A stretch of DNA of 64,000 bases, taken from positions 62,001 through 126,000 of the forward strand of contig NC_079238.1 of the NCBI RefSeq assembly GCF_027921745.1, read 5' to 3'. Positions 59,562 through 64,000 of this stretch are shown here, one piece after another; position 1 is the stretch's first letter; every line of letters starts with the position of its first letter. Below the pieces are notes generated by a model that made no database searches, had not been told where the DNA came from, and saw only the letters and a list, made by a program, of their open reading frames with translations. The position numbers and the translations under genes were made by a program. The DNA is from Schizosaccharomyces osmophilus. Lineage: Eukaryota.

Positions 59562-61250
59562 ATGGAATCCGCCACCTCATGGAATGATAAAGACTTAGAG
59601 TCAAAGGTCGTTGATCCCGAAAAGACGCTTCCAACGCTGGAGCGCCGGGTGTCGGCGAGCACTCAGTCGAGCGAACCTGGAGTCGAAACTGACTATGGCG
59701 CTGATTCGGGATTGAAACGAAAATTAAGCTCTCGACACTTGTATATGATTTCGCTGGGTACCGCCATTGGTACAGCTCTTTGGTTAGGTTCAGGTGCTAA
59801 TCTCACAACTGCTGGACCAGTTGGTATGTGGATTGGATTTTGGATTGCTGCTTCCATTGCTTGGGCTTTGATGCAATCCGTCGGTGAACTCACCGTCATG
59901 TATCCTGTTCCTTCTGCTTTTCCGCGTTGGAGTCAGAATCTGGTCGATCACTCCATCGGGATTTCCCATGGTTGGGCCTTTTGGTTGTTGTACACTTTGA
60001 GTATTCCAACAGAACTCGCCGGTCTCGTTACCGTAATGCAATTTTGGACCGATAAAGTGCCACCAGCGGGTTGGATTTCTATTTTCCTCTTCATCTTGGT
60101 CCTTTTAAATGCTTTCCCCGTCCGTGTTTACGCGGAAACCGAAAGTATCATGTCCTTCATCAAGTTTGCGTGGATTTTTGTCATCATCATCACTTCCATT
60201 ATTATTTCGGCTGGTGGTGCTCCCAAAGGTGATAGTATCGGTTTCCGATATTGGCGCCAAGCTCCCTTCACTCATGGCTTCAAGGGTTTTTTGAATGTCA
60301 TGCCCAATGCCGTCTTCTCCATGTCAGGTATCGAATTGGTCGGTATCGCTGCCGCAGAGGCAAAAAATCCCAAAAAGTCTGTTCCCAAGTCCGTTGGTTC
60401 TATTTGGCTTCGTCTTGGTTTGTTTTATATCGTCGGTATCTTGATGGTCACCCTCATTATTTCACCTTATTCCCCCGATATTTTTGGCGGAAAAGGTGCT
60501 AACGCTTCCCCTTTTGTGATTGCCTTCCGTAATGCCGGTATTCCTGGTTTGAGTCATGCCATGAATGCCATCATTCTCATTTCTGTCTTTTCTGCTGCCA
60601 ATTCCGAAGTTTATACGGCTCCAAGAATCCTCGTTGGTCTTGCTGAAGTGAAAATGGCACCCAAATGGTTTTTACGTTGCGACCGACAAGGTCGACCCCT
60701 CTATGGTTTTGCATTCACAATTTTGATTTCCGGTGGTTTAGCCTATTTAAATGTAAATCAAACTGGTTCCACCGTTTTCCAATGGTTTGAAAGTTTGGTG
60801 TCCCTTTGCGTGTTGTATTCATGGAGTTGCATCTTTTTGGCTCACCTTCGTTTCCGGAAAGCATGGAAAGCTCAAGGCTTTTCAGCAAATCAGCTTCCCT
60901 GGAAGTCCAAATTTTACCCTTATAGTGCAATTTGGGGGATTTCTTGGTGTATTTTGATTTGTATTGTCGAGTTTTATCTCGCTGTCTGGCCGCTTGGTCA
61001 ACGAAGCAGTGCCAAGAATTTCTTTGCTACTTACTTGTCCATCGTCCTTATCTTAATTTTTTATATCGTAGCGAAGATTTATTACCGTGGACCTTTTTGG
61101 AAGAAACCTTCCTCGGTAGATTTAAATCATGGTCGAAGGTTTTATTCGAACCGAGCAACAAACAATGACAATGACAAAGACGAAGATGAAGATGAACTCT
61201 ATACTTTCGCCAAGTCTACAATAGCAAAGGTTATCCCCAAGAAAAGCTGA
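59562..61250 (+). CDS. Amino acid permease (APC/YAT family)
   Basis: 562 aa; LKRKLSSRHLYMISLGTAIGT, IGFRYW, G.ELVGIAAAEAKNP, ASPFVIA. Confidence 0.92.
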   Translation: MESATSWNDKDLESKVVDPEKTLPTLERRVSASTQSSEPGVETDYGADSGLKRKLSSRHLYMISLGTAIGTALWLGSGANLTTAGPVGMWIGFWIAASIAWALMQSVGELTVMYPVPSAFPRWSQNLVDHSIGISHGWAFWLLYTLSIPTELAGLVTVMQFWTDKVPPAGWISIFLFILVLLNAFPVRVYAETESIMSFIKFAWIFVIIITSIIISAGGAPKGDSIGFRYWRQAPFTHGFKGFLNVMPNAVFSMSGIELVGIAAAEAKNPKKSVPKSVGSIWLRLGLFYIVGILMVTLIISPYSPDIFGGKGANASPFVIAFRNAGIPGLSHAMNAIILISVFSAANSEVYTAPRILVGLAEVKMAPKWFLRCDRQGRPLYGFAFTILISGGLAYLNVNQTGSTVFQWFESLVSLCVLYSWSCIFLAHLRFRKAWKAQGFSANQLPWKSKFYPYSAIWGISWCILICIVEFYLAVWPLGQRSSAKNFFATYLSIVLILIFYIVAKIYYRGPFWKKPSSVDLNHGRRFYSNRATNNDNDKDEDEDELYTFAKSTIAKVIPKKS

Positions 61251-61861
61251 TGAAGCGAATAAAATAAAAATAAAAAAATAAGGAAAGCGTTTGACGTCGC
61301 AGGCAGACGTAGGGATTCGTTTTCCTTTCTTCTCCTTTATTGTTTTATCGAATTTGTTTTTGGATTTTTTGGATATAATACGTGTTTAATGTTATACATG
61401 AGCTTGCTCTTTCTCTTCTTCAACAGAATTGTTACTAAATATTGAATGAATAATGCACGTACAAGAAATGAGCACAATAAAATATAAATAAAATGGAATT
61501 GCAGATATGACACATTGATTATCTAGTGCAGAATGTATTAAAATCTCCAATGAAGCTGGATGAATGAAATTCAAAATGTGTCAGTCACCCACGACACACA
61601 CTGACCACAGTCCATAGTTAGGTGGAGAATTCTGCGGTTCACGTCTTACCGTTCTGCAGTAGCTACTTTTTTTTTCTCAATTCAATAGTGAAAAGAAACT
61701 TTGTTATTCAAACTCAGTTATAAATTTAAATTAAGGGAAATTACTATCAAATACTTTAGGCCACCTTGAATCCGAGGAAAAATTCATGAGCAAGCGTCTT
61801 AAAGAACTATTGTAGTTTTCAAAAAAGGACAAATAAATATCGAATAATCAATTCATGTCGC

Positions 61862-62042
61862 TTAAGCGATGACACTAAAGAAAGGAAAGTTAGTACAGAA
61901 TGGTATTGAAGAAGAAATTGCCATACCACATTCCAGGAGGTTTGGGTTGGTACCACTGAGCGGCGCTAACGGTAACAGCAGGCTTGGAAGGTGCGTTGTT
62001 GGCAAGAGTAGAGTTGTTGGAAGTGTTGTTCATAGCGTCCAT
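61862..62042 (-). CDS. mfm: M-factor mating pheromone precursor, copy 2; complement(join(61862..61874,61927..62042))
   Basis: Same 42-aa product and 52-nt intron as copy 1; the stop is TAA rather than TAG. Confidence 0.95.
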
Positions 62043-62443
62043 TGTTGTTGTTTGTTGAAAGGTAGGAGAGCAAAAAAAAAAAAGGTGTCAAAAAGTCAAA
62101 AAGAGAAAAGAGTAGTGATCAAAGAGATGAAAACCAAGCTTTGGATGATGATTTCTTGTTCCATTTCAGCCTGTATTTATACCTGAAATCAAGACTTCCG
62201 AACGAACCGACCATGTCCTCCCTTTGTTCAAGGTCCCATTATTCGCTACGAAATTTTCCATTGTCCCAAAATTGGCTATCGCTTTGGTCCAAGATGAAGA
62301 GTCACGAACAATGTGGAGATGGCAAGAAGAATCAAAACTTCATCAAAGATACAATGCTTTTTTAGATCCGTCGCGGAGGGGTTTGTTTACGACTTGTAAT
62401 CGCCATACGACTCGGACAATAGATGTTCAAAACAAAATGAATA
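61863..62443. repeat. ~580-bp direct repeat, copy B (mfm gene plus promoter)
   Basis: Near-identical to 25099-25676, same orientation, offset about 36,765 bp. Confidence 0.97.
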
Positions 62444-64000
62444 GCTTCAAGCACATCAAAGAAATAATCTACATACGATGCATGGTGTTGGGTTCTGATA
62501 AACAGTTGTTCAGCTCTTCTTTCGTGATCCATTTATGATCGATATTTTGATGCGAGAATTGATGGCAAGAAACACCTTTCTGCTGATTTCTTGGTAAATT
62601 AACCAAGCAACACTTTACATCTCTTATGGAAATGAACAAATACCAGCGATATTATACCATTCGTCAAAACTTGTTCTATTACGACAAAGCCTCAAGGATT
62701 TACAACTGTAGTTTCTCAGATTATTAGTGGCAAGTTACTGATCAACGGATTATCAGTAAAATACCTCAGGACATTGATATGAATTACCTTGGTAATAAAG
62801 CAAAGCATTTCCCGAATTCTATAATTGCACTTGATAGTCAGTGGCATTTGGGCTGACTCAAAAGTAAATAACGAAGCAGTATTCAACTAACTAATATAGC
62901 GCTTTTTAAGACAAGGTATATTGGCTCATTATGATACTTGCAATAAATGGATAACTTTGTAACCCCAAAAGAAGCAAATACCTTTTTGTTTTCGGATCTT
63001 TTGCAACTTCAGCCAAGTTTGTCTATCAAAAGAACAAACCTTTACTAGATTTTGTTTTAAGAAACATTTTTTTATTTTCTAAAATTATTTATTTCAAATC
63101 GAAGAATAATGTTTCAATTCAGTTGCTAATCCATCCGTCCATCTTGCTTTACCATAGGTCGTCTTGACAAAATCTTTGGCTACCAAAAGCACCTTCAATA
63201 TGAAGATTTTCGCATAAACTGTAGTCTTATACAAAAGTGAATAGTATGCCTTATTACGGGTAAAAAAGGTCGTAAGGAATGACAGTTGCAATAATTTTGA
63301 AGCATTATTTTCATGAAAGGAGCCGTTTTTCGTAAGTAACAAAAACAAGTCAATTTTAAAGTAAATAATACCTTGATTTCTTGCTATATACCTATTTTTA
63401 ACTTACCCATGCAATATTACTGATGTATTATGGATTACTGTCGATTTAGATACACAAAATACCACACTGGGCACAATATAGCTTAACCTTGAATCACTTT
63501 TTTCTCGTTATATGTACTTTTCGTTTGAAGCATGTTTCACATTACCTTGAGTAAATGCCTCCATTCAATTGCCCTCTACTATTTAATTCCTATTGCTGCA
63601 TGTTCAAGTAAAGCAGAGAATCATAATGCGAAGAAATAAATGTGATAGGTGCAGGCAGATGATTATGTTGTAGGAGGTTAGTGGTATTTATTATTTGTGT
63701 ACGGGTATTTATAGATGACAACAGAGCGATGTTTTTTATGTTTTAGCAATAAATTATTGCAAGATTTTATTTATTTCTACATTTACCAACAATGTTGTTT
63801 CTGTTGTCTTACTTTATGTATTTATTTTTAATCTTTATATTTCATTGCTTTGTCTAAACAGGAACTCAAATAAATGACTGGCGTAGCTTATTTGCATTTT
63901 GTTACGCTTGTGTTATATGGACCTTTTGTATGAAGCCCTTTAGTCTAGTCTTTCAATGAATGATTTGTATGCTCAGGTAAACGATATTAACTTCTTCTGT

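Noticed and set aside
61600..61676. GGTTCA-containing stretch followed by a T run, possible tRNA or Pol III gene
   Set aside because: I could not fold a cloverleaf or find proper A and B boxes
62444..63350. Possible decayed gene beyond mfm copy 2
   Set aside because: Only short interrupted frames with no recognisable motif
1..64000. Remaining short track ORFs, non-ATG N-terminal extensions, CRISPR arrays, LTRs and transposases
   Set aside because: The short ORFs mostly overlap real genes or are AT-rich noise; TTG/GTG starts are not expected in this eukaryote; no repeat-spacer array or mobile-element ORF was seen

Overview
AT-rich eukaryotic DNA, best read as a subtelomeric/accessory region of a Schizosaccharomyces fission yeast other than S. 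pombe (octosporus/cryophilus/osmophilus-like). This rests on proteins resembling Str3, Frp1, Ght, Hsp16, Mug180/Say1, Eno102, Fex1 and Ecl1, and on short fission-yeast-type introns. The window holds about 25 intact genes, mostly transporters, oxidoreductases and stress genes. Several features are missed or only partly captured by the ORF track: (i) two identical intron-containing M-factor pheromone genes (predicted mature peptide YQPKPPGMC) inside a ~580-bp direct repeat 36.8 kb apart; (ii) a decayed 5S rDNA; (iii) a D-lactate/D-2-hydroxyglutarate dehydrogenase pseudogene; (iv) frameshifted say1 and eno102; (v) an inverted fragment of the neighbouring aminotransferase; (vi) two micro-exon starts. 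The most interesting system-level pattern is a candidate sulfur-starvation gene set lying between the two mfm repeats: arylsulfatase, TauD dioxygenase, Soa1-like transporter, OPT, an Ecl1-like protein and a short Zip1/MetR-like bZIP. There is also a str3-frp1 iron pair carrying Fep1 boxes. All family assignments are from recalled sequence motifs; no database searches were run.
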